The notes under the pieces are model-generated. The model was not told where the DNA came from, ran no database searches, and was given only the letters and a program-made list of their open reading frames with translations. The position numbers and the translations under genes were made by a program. From positions 248,001 through 312,000 of the forward strand of contig NIVC01001145.1 of the NCBI GenBank assembly GCA_002269645.1: a stretch of 64,000 nt of DNA. Direction: 5' to 3'. Each line of letters starts with the position of its first letter. Position 1 is the stretch's first letter. Source of the stretch: Macrostomum lignano (Eukaryota). Below are positions 12,280 through 25,977 of the stretch, piece after piece.

Positions 12280-12760
12280 CAGCGCTCAACGATGGAGCAA
12301 CTCGTGAAGATTCAGCTGTTAGTCTTCTCAAGCGAGTACGTGACGTCAATTGAGTTTTTTCTCATGCTGCATCATTTGATGGATGTACTCGTGCCTCTTG
12401 AGGTGCTTTGCAAGCAGTTGCAGGTACGGGAATGTTCATCCACTGGATGCATTCCACTTAACCACTCTTACCGAGATGTACCTGTGCGATGGCGTCGTTG
12501 GAGGGAAAAGCTATCAACAGATTGTCTCGGAGTTTGCCAAGGGAGGCCTGGAGGAACGGAGCAGTCTCATTCGAGACGATGACGCGCTGAATGCTTTTGG
12601 TGCAGTCAGGGCTGCGGGAAGATGTTCTTCAGCTTGTCTCAAAGATCTGTCAGAGTCTACTAGACAGAACTGATACAAATAACACTGTTATTTGCGCTTC
12701 TAGAATTTTCAAGCCAGAAATCTGCCGTGACATGGTGCCAAAGAATCTGCCCGCATGTGG
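12280..12760 (+). pseudogene. Possible hAT-type transposase fragment
   Basis: IEFFLMLHHLMDVLVPLEVLCKQLQ resembles the hAT-family FxFxLxL...ILxxxxxLSxxLQ segment; broken frames; weak evidence. Confidence 0.38.
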
Positions 12761-12779
12761 TGATGAGCAGCTGAACCAA

Positions 12780-13635
12780 AGTAGGGTGGAGGAAGGCTGG
12801 GAGGGGATAGAAAAACTAAGTAACCAGAGAGGGGTGGGGGGAGGCAGGAAGGGGGGGGGTAGAAAAACTTGCCAAGAGTGAGTGGGGAAGGCAGGAAGGG
12901 GTAGAAAAACTTGCCAAGAGTGGGTGGGGAAGGGAAGAAGGGGGTAGAAAAACTAGCCAAGAGTGGGCTGGGGGGAAGCTGGGAGGGGATAGAAAATCCA
13001 ATAACCAGAGAGGGGTGGGGGGAAGGCAGGAAGGGGGTAGAAAAACTTGCCAAGAGTGGGCTGGGGGGAGGCTTGGAGGGGATAGAAAATCGAATAACCA
13101 GAGAGGGGTGGGGGGGAAGGCAGGAAGGGGGTAGAAAAACTAGCCAAGAGTGGGTGGGGAAGGCAGGAAGGGGGTAGAAAAACTTGCCAAGAGTGGGTGG
13201 GGAAGGGAAGAAGGGGGTAGAAAAACTAGCCAAGAGTGGGCTGGGGGGAAGCTGGGAGGGGATAGAAAATCCAATAACCAGAGAGGGGTGGGGGGAAAGC
13301 AGGAAGGGGGTAGAAAAACTTGCCAAGAGTGGGCTGGGGGGAGGCTTGGAGGGGATAGAAAATCGAATAACCAGAGAGGGGTGGGGGGAAGGCAGGAAGG
13401 GGGTAGAAAAACTAGCCAAGAGTGGGTGGGGAAGGCAGGAAGGGGGTAGAAAAACTTGCCAAGAGTGGGTGGGGAAGGCAGGACGGGGGTAGAAAAACTT
13501 GCCAAGAGTGGGGTGGGGGAGGCTGGGAGGGGGTAGAAAAACTTGCCAAGAGTGGGGTGGGGGGAGGCTGGGAGGGGTAGAAAAACTTGCCAAGAGTGGG
13601 GTGGGGAGAGGCTGGGAGGGGGGGGGGGTAGAAAA
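12780..13635. repeat. G/A-rich complex tandem array with a 273 bp higher-order duplication
   Basis: Core gggggtagaaaaact(a/t)gccaagagtggg; identical blocks at 12931 and 13204. Confidence 0.9.
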
Positions 13636-14654
13636 CCCCAATAAATCCCCTAGCCAATCAGACGTTCGGAGAGCCTAGTCCCACTAGTCCAGTCAAACTG
13701 ACTATTGTCCTACGCGAGGTGCTAGACTGTCAGCGCTAGGGAATAAACAGCTGTATGTTAAAAAAATAAACGAAACCTAAAGAAAAATACGACATAAACG
13801 GGAGAAGAACATGGGGTCCGCGAAATAGAGACTACGTGTAAAACATAGGCTCGATATCACTAACTTCAAAAGCTTGATAGTTCAGAAAGACAAAAAGATT
13901 CCAGCAGAAAGAGAACTAATAAAAACAACTACTACTACTAACTACTACTACTACTATAAACTACTACTTTCAGAGATTGTGAAGTAATTCGAGCTTGTAA
14001 ATTTCAGTTTTATTTAAAACGAGACTTTACTTGTCAAAATCCAACGTTCTAGATAAATATGTTACTTAGGAATTACTGATGTTAGTCACTTTTTCACAAT
14101 GTACAACTGAAAAGTCCGGAGCTAATCTTGCATAAGTTTAAGCGTACATGTACAAGCGTTGTTTACCAGACCAATACTGCGCAATCGCTGGTCGCTGGCA
14201 GTAGCAGAATGTATCAATGTGTAAGCGGCTGCTTAAAAATATACAAATGGCATGTAGAACTATTGAACCTTCAGCCGTGGTTGCTTCAATTACCAATGTA
14301 TCCAATATACACAGGCTCCAGGTCCATTATTAGTAGTGTGCACGTCCGAAAGAGAGAGGCAGAAGGGAGAGGCACAGGAATTTCATGCTAACCTTTATAA
14401 TTGATGAAACACATGTCTCCGAGCGCACAAATATTTTAGCGCTCGAGCAGTTCACCAATCAGTGCTTGTTAGCAGACATTTTTTGAATCGAGAGGCATTT
14501 GTTAAAATCAACTGATCTTTTCCTAATTTCTAAGCAAAAATATTCTATTTTGCGGAGAAATGCTTGGTAAGTTTTGTAGCGTTTCTTTCTTAATTGTGCA
14601 GATCAGCATCCATTCTCAAGGCTTCCTTCTTCTTTTGGCCGGTAGATCTAAACT

Positions 14655-14775
14655 CAATCTCACCCCTCTTATCTCACCACGCTTATCTCACCCCTCTTAT
14701 CTCAACCCTCTTATCTCAACCCTCTTATCTCACCCCTCTTATCTCACCCCTCTTATCTCACCCCTCTTATCTCAC
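14655..14775. repeat. 14 bp tandem repeat (ctcacccctcttat)
   Basis: Direct inspection. Confidence 0.9.
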
Positions 14776-15025
14776 TCCTGTGTCTCTCAGCTTACAGTGT
14801 ATCTCTTAAGTTAACATACGGACCCGTACATAAAAAATACTGTATTTACTAAATCTATGTACTCGTACTAACAATCCAAATATACTAAATCTCTAAGGTT
14901 TGTATGTTTGAATGAATGTCCATAACGCTCTAGAGATCGCAATTCTTGACCTATCCTATATACTAAAAAAGAAATACTTACTATTTTTGTAAATAGAAAA
15001 CAGTTTCAGTGCGCAAATATTCCTT

Positions 15026-15045
15026 AGACAGACAGAAAGACAGGC

Positions 15046-15138
<93 letters not shown>

Positions 15139-15160
15139 GGCAGACAGACAGACAGACAGA
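15026..15160. repeat. (GACA)n microsatellite
   Basis: Direct inspection. Confidence 0.97.
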
Positions 15161-15482
15161 AAAGCCAAACAGTAAAAGTAGCACTGCAGATTAAATCGCA
15201 AAATTTGATAGCCAAAATTGTTGCAGAATATGCGCTTGAATTGTAATAACTTTGCAGGCCTTCCGCCATAAAACATTCGGTTCGATAAATCTTGAAGTAA
15301 GAGCTTTCACTGTGCTTTGCTGTAGGCAGTGTGGGTACTGCGCACAGCAGGGTAGTGTACAGGTCACGTTTAGTTTTCACCTTACTTCACCCCTCACATT
15401 GCTGCGCAGCAAAATTATATTTTTACCTTGAATAATAGATAAAGATAAAAAATTACCCCTGATTTGCAGTGTAACTGTCCGC

Positions 15483-15940
15483 TGTCAGTCCTTCAGCTGT
15501 CAGTCCCAACAGCTCCCCTGATCCCCCAGCTGTCAGTCCCAACAGCTCCCCTGATCCCCCAGCTGTCAGTCCCAACAGCTCCCCTGATCCCCCAGCTGTC
15601 AGTCCCAACAGCTCCCCTGATCCCCCAGCTGTCAGTCCCAACAGCTCCCCTGATCCCCCAGCTGTCAGTCCCAACAGCTCCCCTGATCCCCCAGCTGTCA
15701 GTCCCAACAGCTCCCCTGATCCTTCAGCTGTCAGTCCCAACAGCTCCCCTGATCCTTCAGCTGTCAGTCCCAACAGCTCCCCTGATCCTTCAGCTGTCAG
15801 TCCCAACAGCTCCCCTGATCCTTCAGCTGTCAGTCCCAACAGCTCCCCTGATCCTTCAGCTGTCAGTCCCAACAGCTCCCCTGATCCCCCAGCTGTCAGT
15901 CCCAACAGCTCCCCTGATCCTTCAGCTGTCAGTCCCAACA
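15483..15940. repeat. 33 bp tandem repeat (cagctgtcagtcccaacagctcccctgatcc[cc/tt])
   Basis: ~14 copies. Confidence 0.96.
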
Positions 15941-16667
15941 CCGGGTGAAGTGTTCGAAAGGTTTACTAAAACAATTTCACAGTTTATTAATACGAATGCC
16001 ACTTGGAAAATAACAAGGAGTATATTTTCTAATATTCATATGCATATTCCTTAGTACATCTGTTATGAACACACTTGCAATGATACAGTTTCTCATACGG
16101 TACGGATCGGGCATGCAGATGGAGCATCAAGTTAATATCTCAGCACTATTATTTAACAAATCAATCGTTCCGTTGCAGACCTGGTGTGACACATCTGAAC
16201 AGCGTGAAAGTTAATCTTTCAAGTATGGGAAACCAATGAGAAAAAGCTAGCAGTCAAACAAATAATTGTTGATAGTTATAGCAAACCTCTTTAAATCCTC
16301 CCATTTTGACAATAATTTACATATGCCAGCATGTTAAAATTTCTCACTTCAACAAAACTAAGGGCGCTTGAAATTCAAATGAAAGAATATCGACTGGGGT
16401 TATGCAAGGTAAGACAAGGAAAAATATGTTTCAATTTTTAAAGACATTTTCTGACATTCGCAACAATGTGGATTAACAAAGACTACGGGTTGCCACCCTG
16501 CACTGCAGTTCAATATAATGTGCGATTTTCTTTACCTGCAAAAATAGCAAAACTGAACGATAAGGAAACCGAATAGAAAACAATAAACAAACAAACTAAA
16601 ATTGCAGGTGGTTGGTATCTATGTTTAAAAACAGATTTAGCAATACGTTAAACATAAGTGTTTGGTA

Positions 16668-17575
16668 GGCTAGACTAGCAATCCATTCTATTCCCATATC
16701 ATATATATCGGATAGACTAGCAATCCAATCTATTCCCATATCATGTATATTAGCTAGACTAGCAATCCATTCTATTCCCATATCATGTATATTGGCTAGA
16801 CTAGCAATCCAATCTATTCCCATATCATGTATATTAGCTAGACTAGCAATCCATTCTATTCCCATATCATGTATATTAGCTAGACTAGCAATCCAATCTA
16901 TTCCCATATCATATATATCGGATAGACTAGCAATCCATTCTATTCCCATATCATGTATATTAGCTAGACTAGCAATCCATTCTATTCCCATATCATGTAT
17001 ATTGGCTAGACTAGCAATCCAATCTATTCCGATATCATGTATATTAGCTAGACTAGCAATCCATTCTATTCCCATATCATATATATCGGATAGACTAGCA
17101 ATCCATTCTATTCCCATATCATGTATATTAGCTAGACTAGCAATCCATTCTATTCCCATATCATGTATATTGGCTAGACTAGCAATCCATTCTATTCCCA
17201 TATCATGTATATTGGCTAGACTAGCAATCCATTCTATTCCCATATCATGTATATTAGCTAGACTAGCAATCCATTCTATTCCCATATCATATATATCGGA
17301 TAGACTAGCAATCCATTCTATTCCCATATCATGTATATTAGCTAGACTAGCAATCCATTCTATTCCCATATCATGTATATTAGCTAGACTAGCAATCCAT
17401 TCTATTCCCATATCATGTATATTGGCTAGACTAGCAATCCATTCTATTCCCATATCATGTATATTGGCTAGACTAGCAATCCATTCTATTCCCATATCAT
17501 GTATATTAGCTAGACTAGCAATCCAATCTATTCCGATATCATGTATATTGGCTAGACTAGCAATCCATTCTATTC
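16668..17575. repeat. 42 bp tandem repeat (gctagactagcaatccattctattcccatatcatgtatatt..)
   Basis: ~21 copies; shares its core with the array at 26165-27030. Confidence 0.96.
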
Positions 17576-17743
17576 TCACCTAAACAGCCCACAAGAAACA
17601 TCGATTTTTCTGAAAGTGACTTTTAAACCATAAAATTACCAACTGTTGAAATCGTAAAGCAGGTATTTCAAATTTGAGGTTCGACAAAGGTCTTGGATAA
17701 CGTTCCAGTTCTTCAGAAAAGTACAAAACGCAGAGTAGTCTGT

Positions 17744-17818
17744 CTAAAAGAAACCGATCTTGGCGTGCCGGTGCAGGTTCTCTGGCTCGGACGAGCTGTG
17801 CCGCAGGTGCGCGGCCTC
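17744..17818 (-). CDS. KSR/Raf-family pseudokinase, terminal exon
   Basis: Acceptor gaactgcag; EAAHLRHSSSEPENLHRHAKIGFF*; RHSSSEP resembles the Raf C-terminal 14-3-3 motif RSASEPSLHR. Confidence 0.85.
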   Translation of the reverse strand, partial: EAAHLRHSSSEPENLHRHAKIGFF

Positions 17819-17895
17819 CTGCAGTTCAGAGGGGTGAAAAAAACGTATAAAAAGTCTTTAATATAAGCCACAACCGGTCCAACTGATAAACTCAC

Positions 17896-17976
17896 CCGAT
17901 GGTTGAGTGCCAAATTAATCTGACCGAATTCCGGTCGATAAAGTGGATCGTGACTCCAGCAGTCAGTAATGAGACT
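17896..17976 (-). CDS. KSR/Raf-family pseudokinase exon (subdomain XI)
   Basis: SLITDCWSHDPLYRPEFGQINLALNHR; cag/gtgagt boundaries; phase 0/0. Confidence 0.9.
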
Positions 17977-18068
17977 CTGAGTAATTGGAATTTTATTGAA
18001 TGATTTCGTTCAAATCAATAAGTAATTAATAGATTATCTTTTTAATCATAGCCAAGCAAAAATCATAC

Positions 18069-18198
18069 CTTGATGCTTTCCGAGGCTCTGAGGTCGTGCA
18101 TCGGGTCTCTCTCACCGCGGCAGATGTGCTCCATGTAGCGTAGCCTGTCGCATTTGCCAAACGGGTAGCGACCGCAGCACACCTCAAACATAATGATG
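18069..18198 (-). CDS. KSR/Raf-family pseudokinase exon (subdomains IX-X)
   Basis: IIMFEVCCGRYPFGKCDRLRYMEHICRG...SIK; ccccag/gtatga boundaries; phase 2/0. Confidence 0.88.
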
Positions 18199-18239
18199 CT
18201 GGGGGGTTGGCGTGAGTCTTAGAAGTAGCGATTGTGCTC

Positions 18240-19070
18240 AACCCGAAGCTTCACCAATTGGCAAAGCTTCAACATCCGGACACTCCACCAACGCGAAGCT
18301 TCACCAATTGGCAAAGCTTCAACATCCGGACACTCCACCAACGCGAAGCTTCACCAATTGGCAAAGCTTCAACATGCGGACACTCCACCAACGCGAAGCT
18401 TCACCAATTGGCAAAGATCAACATCCGGACACTCCACCAACGCGAAGCTTCACCAATTGGCAAAGCTTCAACATCCGGGCACTCCACCAACGCGAACCTT
18501 CACCAATTGGCAAAGCTTCAACATCCGGACACTCCACCAACGCGAAGCTTCACCAATTGGCAAAGCTTCAACATCCGGACACTCCACCAACGTGAAGCTT
18601 CACCAATTGGCAAAGATCAACATCCGGACACTCCACCAACGTGAAGCTTCACCAATTGGCAAAGATCAACATCCGGACACTCCACCAACGTGAAGCTTCA
18701 CCAATTGGCAAAGATCAACATCCGGACACTCCACCAACGTGAAGCTTCACCAATTGGCAAAGCTTCAACATCCGGACACTCCACAAACGCGAAGCTTCAA
18801 CATCCGGACACTTCCATCAAACTGAAGCTTCACCAATTGGCAAAGATCAACATCCGGACACTCCACCAACGTGAAGCTTCACCAATTGGCAAAGCTTCAA
18901 CATCCGGACACTCCACCAACGTGAAGCTTTACCAATTGGCAAAGCTTCAACATCCGGACACTCCACCAACGCGAAGCTTCACCAATTGGCAAAGCTTCAA
19001 CATCCGGACACTCCACCAACGCGAAGCTTCACCAATTGGCAAAGCTTCAACATCCGGAAACTTCACCAAT
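18240..19070. repeat. 50 bp tandem repeat filling a pseudokinase intron
   Basis: gaagcttcaccaattggcaaagcttcaacatccggacactccaccaacgc at 18245, 18295 and onward. Confidence 0.96.
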
Positions 19071-19113
19071 CCCCTAAATCGTTCGAACAACCAGTAAAGT
19101 CCATGAGGCTCAC

Positions 19114-19245
19114 CTAAATGCAAAAATATCCGTAGCCACGGTGAACGCAGAGTCGGGCACAAATGTTGTCTTCCCGGTGAGCAGAGCCAAGATCTCGGGT
19201 GGAGTGTACCAGACCAGCGACTCGGGCACTATCAAATAGCCGGGT
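19114..19245 (-). CDS. KSR/Raf-family pseudokinase exon (subdomains VIII-IX)
   Basis: PGYLIVPESLVWYTPPEILALL...FTVATDIFAF; ggcag/gtgagc boundaries; phase 2/2, in frame with both neighbours. Confidence 0.88.
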   Translation of the reverse strand, partial: TRLFDSARVAGLVHSTRDLGSAHREDNICARLCVHRGYGYFCI

Positions 19246-19907
19246 CTGCCAGGGGTCAGATGAAGAATGTCGCGTATCAAAAACTATAGATGTAATTTTA
19301 AGCTACCAATGCCAACAGTCATCATAGAGTTAATGCTATCTATGCACTTTTGAATATTTTAAGTACGAAATATCCTCTAAAAGTTCAATCTACCGCACCA
19401 TATTGTGGCGTGTCTAAACACTGTTTGCCCTGAGTATCCAGACCAGGCAGCGCTAACCTTGCCTGAGATAGTGCTGGCTAACTATTGAAAACTTTGCTTT
19501 AAACTTGGTAGTTCATTTTCAAGAGTGCGGAGTTGCCAGAAGCAACTTGCGTCACAAAAATATCCAGTCGGTCTTAAACAGAAGCGTTATCAGGACGCAG
19601 CTCAGCTTTGCATGGCTGAGGTGTAGAAAGTAGGCTCGCGACCTGGCTGAAAGCAGTTACCTTGAGAGAAATGAAGATAAAAAGACAGCAGCGAGAAACA
19701 GAGAGCAAGGTTAAAAACTACGATAGCAGGAGCGAACACAGCCGAATATCCGAATCTCTGTGGCTCTTTCTCGCTCGGTTCGAGTTCAATCAAACCAATT
19801 TCACCAAGCGCACTCGCTCCGCAGGTGGCCACTGCACTCGACTCGGAAGCAGCAGCTGCAGTTGGCATCAGCCGCGCAGAGTCTCCCGCGGCTGCTCATC
19901 CGGCACG

Positions 19908-21122
19908 ATGACAGCAACTGCGGCGCCGGCGACAGGACCAGACGCTTCGTCTGCAGCGTCAACTGAGCCGGCTTCGACTAGCGGCGAGGCTCCTTTTCAA
20001 CAGAGCAACGTCGGTTACTGCAAGCAGTGCTCAGATGCCCTCATCGACTTTTCCAGCAACGGCTATCATCCCCTGTCAACGGCAGGAGCGGACGATTCCG
20101 ACGAGGGCAAGCCGAGCGCTACGCTGATCTCTATGCCGACGTCGAGTCGGTGTCAGGCCAGCAACGGGTGCGAAGACGACGTCGTTGAGGAGAGCGCGCT
20201 GGAAGAGTTGGCCACGAAACCGCCGTCAGACTTCTGGCGGGCCTTCCTGGCGTTGCTGTTCATGTTCACCGGCATGACAATGACCGCCGTCAGCCTCATC
20301 TTCGTGCACGAACGCGTGCCGTCGTCTCCGCCTCTTCCGGACGTTCTGCTAACCCGCGTCACCCACATTCCCTGGGCGTTAGACGTCTGCGAATACCTGC
20401 TGATAGTGACTCTGGCAGCAACCTACATCACGGCGTTTCTGCATCGCCACAGGTGGGTTGTGCTGCGCAGAATTTTCTTCATGATTGGCATGCTGTTTTC
20501 TTACCGTTCGGTGACCATCTTCGTCACTGCGCTGCCGAACCCCAGTCCAACCTACTATTGCGAGCCGAAACAGAGCGGCAGCCTGGGATTCGAGCAGATC
20601 TTCGCCAGACTGCTCCGATTAGGAAGCGGCGGCGGCTTCAGCATCAATGGGAATCACGTTTACTGCGGCGACTACATCTTCTCAGGCCACACGGCCATAC
20701 TCACTCTGGGCTATCTGGTTATTCGAGAGTACACTTCCCCCAGGCTGACGGTGCTGCACTGGACCAGCTGGATTGTCTCCCTAACCGGGGTCGGGTTCCT
20801 GGTACTGTCGCACGGTCACTACACAATAGACATTGTGCTGGGCTACTGGATTACCACCCGTCTGTGGTGGATGTACCACACAGCGGCAAACTTTGCCGGT
20901 CAGCGAACGCACGGCTACTTCAGACAAGCCTGCTGGTGGAGAGCATTCTTGTTCTTCGAGGCTGACAGGCGGTACAGCTACGGCCCGCTGCCGTACGAGT
21001 TCGATCTGCCCTGGCCAACCCGGATTCGAGCGGCTGCGGCAGCGGCGCACCAGCTGGCCAGATGCAGGCACTCGGCTGCTGAGCTGGCTGCTCAAACCTG
21101 TCACAAACTGGGACTGCTGTGA
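19908..21122 (+). CDS. SGMS: Sphingomyelin synthase (SMS1/2-type), intronless; frame is also open upstream to 19662
   Basis: All four SMS motifs: PPLPD, RRIFFMIGMLFSYRSVTIFVTALP, CGDYIFSGHT, HGHYTIDIVLGYW; multiple hydrophobic transmembrane segments; no SAM domain visible. Confidence 0.95.
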   Translation: MTATAAPATGPDASSAASTEPASTSGEAPFQQSNVGYCKQCSDALIDFSSNGYHPLSTAGADDSDEGKPSATLISMPTSSRCQASNGCEDDVVEESALEELATKPPSDFWRAFLALLFMFTGMTMTAVSLIFVHERVPSSPPLPDVLLTRVTHIPWALDVCEYLLIVTLAATYITAFLHRHRWVVLRRIFFMIGMLFSYRSVTIFVTALPNPSPTYYCEPKQSGSLGFEQIFARLLRLGSGGGFSINGNHVYCGDYIFSGHTAILTLGYLVIREYTSPRLTVLHWTSWIVSLTGVGFLVLSHGHYTIDIVLGYWITTRLWWMYHTAANFAGQRTHGYFRQACWWRAFLFFEADRRYSYGPLPYEFDLPWPTRIRAAAAAAHQLARCRHSAAELAAQTCHKLGLL

Positions 21123-21438
21123 TGCACCAGCGAAGTGGGTCAATCAACAACTCAACCCGCTGTTCAAGTTTTTTTAATTGAAAATTGCGGTTCCAACAAG
21201 TCTCCAACAAGGTCAGTATCTAGTTAAGTTTGCACTACTGGGAAAAATTTGTACATGCTTTCTTCCCCCTTTCTTCTTCTTTTAGTGCTTTTATTCGGAT
21301 CTACCTTATAAATTAACGGCAATTTTTCGGCTACGCTCGTATTATACTTTTGATTTTAAATCATTACAATGAGTACAAGTATTGTATGTGCGCGCTTGTT
21401 ACTTATAATACTAATGAAAATGTGCGTTTGAACATGCC

Positions 21439-22005
21439 AAACACCCCCACTCCCCACACCTCTCATATTATAGCCCCTTCGCTGCGATAAAACACCCCCA
21501 CTCCCCACACCCCTAACATTTTAGCCCCTTCGCTGCGATAAAACACCCCCACTCCCCACACCTCTCACATTATAGCCCCTTCGCTGCGATAAAACACCCC
21601 CACCCCCCACACCCCTCACATTGTAGCCCCTTCGCTGCGATAAAACACCCCCACTCCCCACACCTCTCACATTATAGCCCCTTCGCTGCGATAAAACACC
21701 CCCACCCCCACACCCCTCACATTGTAGCCCTTCGCTGCGATAAAACACCCCACTCCACACACCCCTCACATTACAGCCACTTCGCTGCGATAAAACACCC
21801 CACTCCCCACACCCCTCACATAATAGCCACTTCGCTGCGATAAACCACCCCACTCCCCACACCCCTCACACCATAGCCAGTTTGCTGCGATAAAACATCC
21901 CCACTCCCACACCCCTCACATCATAACCCCTTCGCTGCGATAAAACACCCCACTCCCCACACCCCTCACATTACAGCCCCATCGTTGCAATACAACACCC
22001 TCACT
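21439..22005. repeat. 51 bp tandem repeat
   Basis: aaacacccccactccccacacccctcacattatagccccttcgctgcgata, ~11 copies. Confidence 0.94.
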
Positions 22006-23044
22006 CTTAACATCAAGGAAATTCTATAAAAACTGATAAATTAGCAATTAACTCCTTATCCGGTAGGTGATCTTTCATTCGATCACAATTACGTATATGT
22101 TAGTACAATATTTTCATCATGTATCATTATTTTCCTTCGTTTTATTCCAAAATTTTTTGCTAACCCAGCTTTAAACAGAAAACTTGGCTATCAAAGCCAG
22201 TACGAATCAACCATTTTAATCAAACAATATCAACATATTTAAAACTAGCATTGGACTGACGTCGCAAACGCTGTCAAAAAGTGAAAATGCGGAAAAGAGC
22301 GGTCAACAGCTGATGTCAAGATGAGAGAAACTTTTTTCTGCTAATTCCATTCCCAATTGCTTCATTATACTTTCTTGCTTGTTATGCAGAAGATAATCTC
22401 TTAATTCATTTCATTTTTAATGAGTTCCAAAGTATTCTCTTATCGTTTGAAATTGCTTTGCTATGACATTGTATTCGTAAATAAACAAACACTGGACTAA
22501 ATGGATCAATAAAATATTGATTTTTCTTTCATGCTAGTATTTCTATCATGCTACTTATACTAAGTAGACTGTAGCGAACTTCAGAGTAAATCACGGCGAA
22601 ATTGAGTAGCTCAAGTTTCTAGGGCTAGGCAAAGTTTGAACTCTTTGGGTAAATTTTATTGGATCGACGAAATGACCCCTGCGAGCACCATGGCGTGCCT
22701 GGAGACGAGATTGAGTCAGCCCATGCCAGCTTTTTCGGATCAGTGTCTTCCGTTCAAGGAAGGAAGAAAGCATACAGCCACATAAGGCAAAGTAGGTACT
22801 CTAGGCAACTTTATTGCGTCGGCAATAAATGAGCGATTTATGATTTATGAGTTTAGTCAAGACTCAGGACTGACATGCTAGCAGAGAGACAGCTGCACAC
22901 AATGAGACAGAGAGATGTTGGGAAAGACAGAAGCAGGAGAAGAGGAAATTGATTACGTGAAGTTGGACAGACACTTGCATGTAGGCAGAAAGAAGCAAAG
23001 ACAGTGCACGTCGTGATGTGAATAGGCACTTTTGAAAGACACTA

Positions 23045-23316
<272 letters not shown>

Positions 23317-23879
23317 GCACAAAGTCAGGCCTCTGAAGCAGTCAGGCAGGCAGTCGCAGAAGCAAATGGCGGCTTCAGTCAGCCTGAGCTGAGTTCGGCA
23401 ACCCAAGAGCTCAGGCGCCGAGTTCTGTCCCTATAAGCCGAGCTCTGAGCCTACAATGCAGCGCTAAAAATAGGCATAGAAATGTCGTTTCATTTCCCAA
23501 CGAAAGATAAAAATGCAAATTCGATTTTGTTCAAACCATTTTTAGAATATCGGCCACTGCTCGTACGTAAAACTGCGGACAGAATTTCTAGTTCCGCGTC
23601 AGCCCTGTAAAGTGGCTGCAATGTTTTAGCAGAAATATTTAACGGCAGCTCATTTGCATCTCTTGTGTGCTGCTTGAGTTATGAGCTACGATGCAAAAAA
23701 TAGAGACTGCAGATATTGCCATACAGATAATTTATGAGCTTAGCATAATTATGCCGCTCTAATGCTCGCTTGTGATAGGTCTGGTTATTCAACTGTACTG
23801 TTTGGTTCATGGGCTAGACTAGCAGTCCATTCTATTCCTTTGTCTATGCATTAGTTAATATAAAATTATTAATACTTGG

Positions 23880-24630
23880 AGTGTCGGAGATGTGAAGTGT
23901 CGGAGATATGAAGTGTAGGAGATGTGAAGTGTAGGAGATGTGAAGTGTAGGAGATGTGAAGTGTCGGAGATGTAAAGTGTCGGAGATGTGAAGTGTCGGA
24001 GATGTGAAGTGTCGGAGATATGAAGTGTCGGAGATGTGAAGTGTCGGAGATGTAAAGTGTCGGAGATGTGAAGTGTCGGAGATGTGAAGTGTCGGAGATA
24101 TGAAGTGTCGGAGATGTAAAGTGTCGGAGATGTGAAGTGTCGGAGATATGAAGTGTAGGAGATGTGAAGTGTAGGAGATATGAAGTGTCGGAGATGTGAA
24201 GTGTCGGAGATGTAAAGTGTCGGAGATGTGAAGTGTCGGAGATGTGAAGTGTCGGAGATGTGAAGTGTCGGAGATGTAAAGTGTCGGAGATGTGAAGTGT
24301 CGGAGATATGAAGTGTCGGAGATGTGAAGTGTCGGAGATGTGAAGTGTCGGAGATGTAAAGTGTCGGAGATATGAAGTGTCGGAGATGTGAAGTGTCGGA
24401 GATATGAAGTGTCGGAGATGTGAAGTGTCGGAGATGTGAAGTGTCGGAGATATGAAGTGTCGGAGATGTAAAGTGTCGGAGATATGAAGTGTCGGAGATG
24501 TGAAGTGTCGGAGATGTGAAGTGTCGGAGATGTAAAGTGTAGGAGATGTGAAGTGTCGGAGATGTGAAGTGTCGGAGATGTAAAGTGTCGGAGATGAGAA
24601 GTTTCGGAGATATGAAGTGTGGAGATATGA
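23880..24630. repeat. 16 bp tandem repeat (gtgtcggagatgtgaa)
   Basis: Direct inspection. Confidence 0.96.
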
Positions 24631-24713
24631 AACTCACTCCATCAAACTACATCAGCGATTGCATTGGCTAGACTAGCAATCCATCATCTCGGCCAGATAT
24701 TCCGGACACTGAC

Positions 24714-25112
24714 CTGTCCTCTTCCTCTTCTGTAATCACAGAATAATCCTGCAGCGACAGTTTGGCCCTGGGCTCCAGAAACACGTTGCTGGAGTTGAAC
24801 CGGCGAATCACGATGCTCTTGGCGTGCAGGTAGCCGGCCGCCTGCGCCAGGTCGCGAATGATTGACAGGCGCCTGCTGGCACCCAGTTTCTCTTTGCGCA
24901 CGTGGACAGTCTCGTGAAGGGTGACGCCTTTGCGCAGGCAGGTGACCACGGCGAATCGCGAAGTCGGCGGGTCCATGGATACGCCCATGAATAGAAAAAT
25001 GTTCTCGTGTCTGATGAGGCTGAGCTTGGCGATCTCCTCCCAGAATTTGCTGCGCTCCTCGGAGTCCAGGCTCTCGTAGGCGTGGATTGTCACCTCCCCG
25101 TGCCAGTGGCCC
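24714..25112 (-). CDS. KSR/Raf-family pseudokinase exon (subdomains I-VII)
   Basis: GHWHGEVTIH...EIAKLSLIRHENIFLFMG...YLHAKSIVIRRFNSSNVFLEP...LQDYS; ccgcag/gtcagt boundaries; phase 2/2; resembles KSR GRWHGEVAIR and RHENVVLFMG. Confidence 0.93.
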
Positions 25113-25129
25113 CTGCGGTGGTTTGGGGG

Positions 25130-25363
<234 letters not shown>

Positions 25364-25614
25364 GTGATAACTTTGTTAAGCGAGGCAGAAGTGTGGAATT
25401 GCAGGAGTGAGTAAAAGGTGCTCGCTTGAGAGCTAGGCTGTTGACATTTATTATTTAGCACTGAGGTGGTGGGTGCAGACAGATTCAAACGCGCGCATGG
25501 GGTGGGTGGAATAAAATACAATCTCTAAGCCGATCAATAACAACTCCACTGCTAGTGAGTCAACACTACAGTGCATGCAACCTATAGCAAAGTTCATCGT
25601 GTCACTATGTCACA

Positions 25615-25895
<281 letters not shown>

Positions 25896-25977
25896 GTGGG
25901 CGCCTGTAGCTCGTAAATGCATTCTTTCTAATGCGAATGCATTGTTGAAAAGAACTCCCGTCCTCTCATTCACTCAC

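Noticed and set aside
22591-22773. 60-aa minus-strand ORF as a possible pseudokinase exon
   Set aside because: The kinase domain is complete without it (24714 joins 19245 in frame) and it has no convincing splice sites
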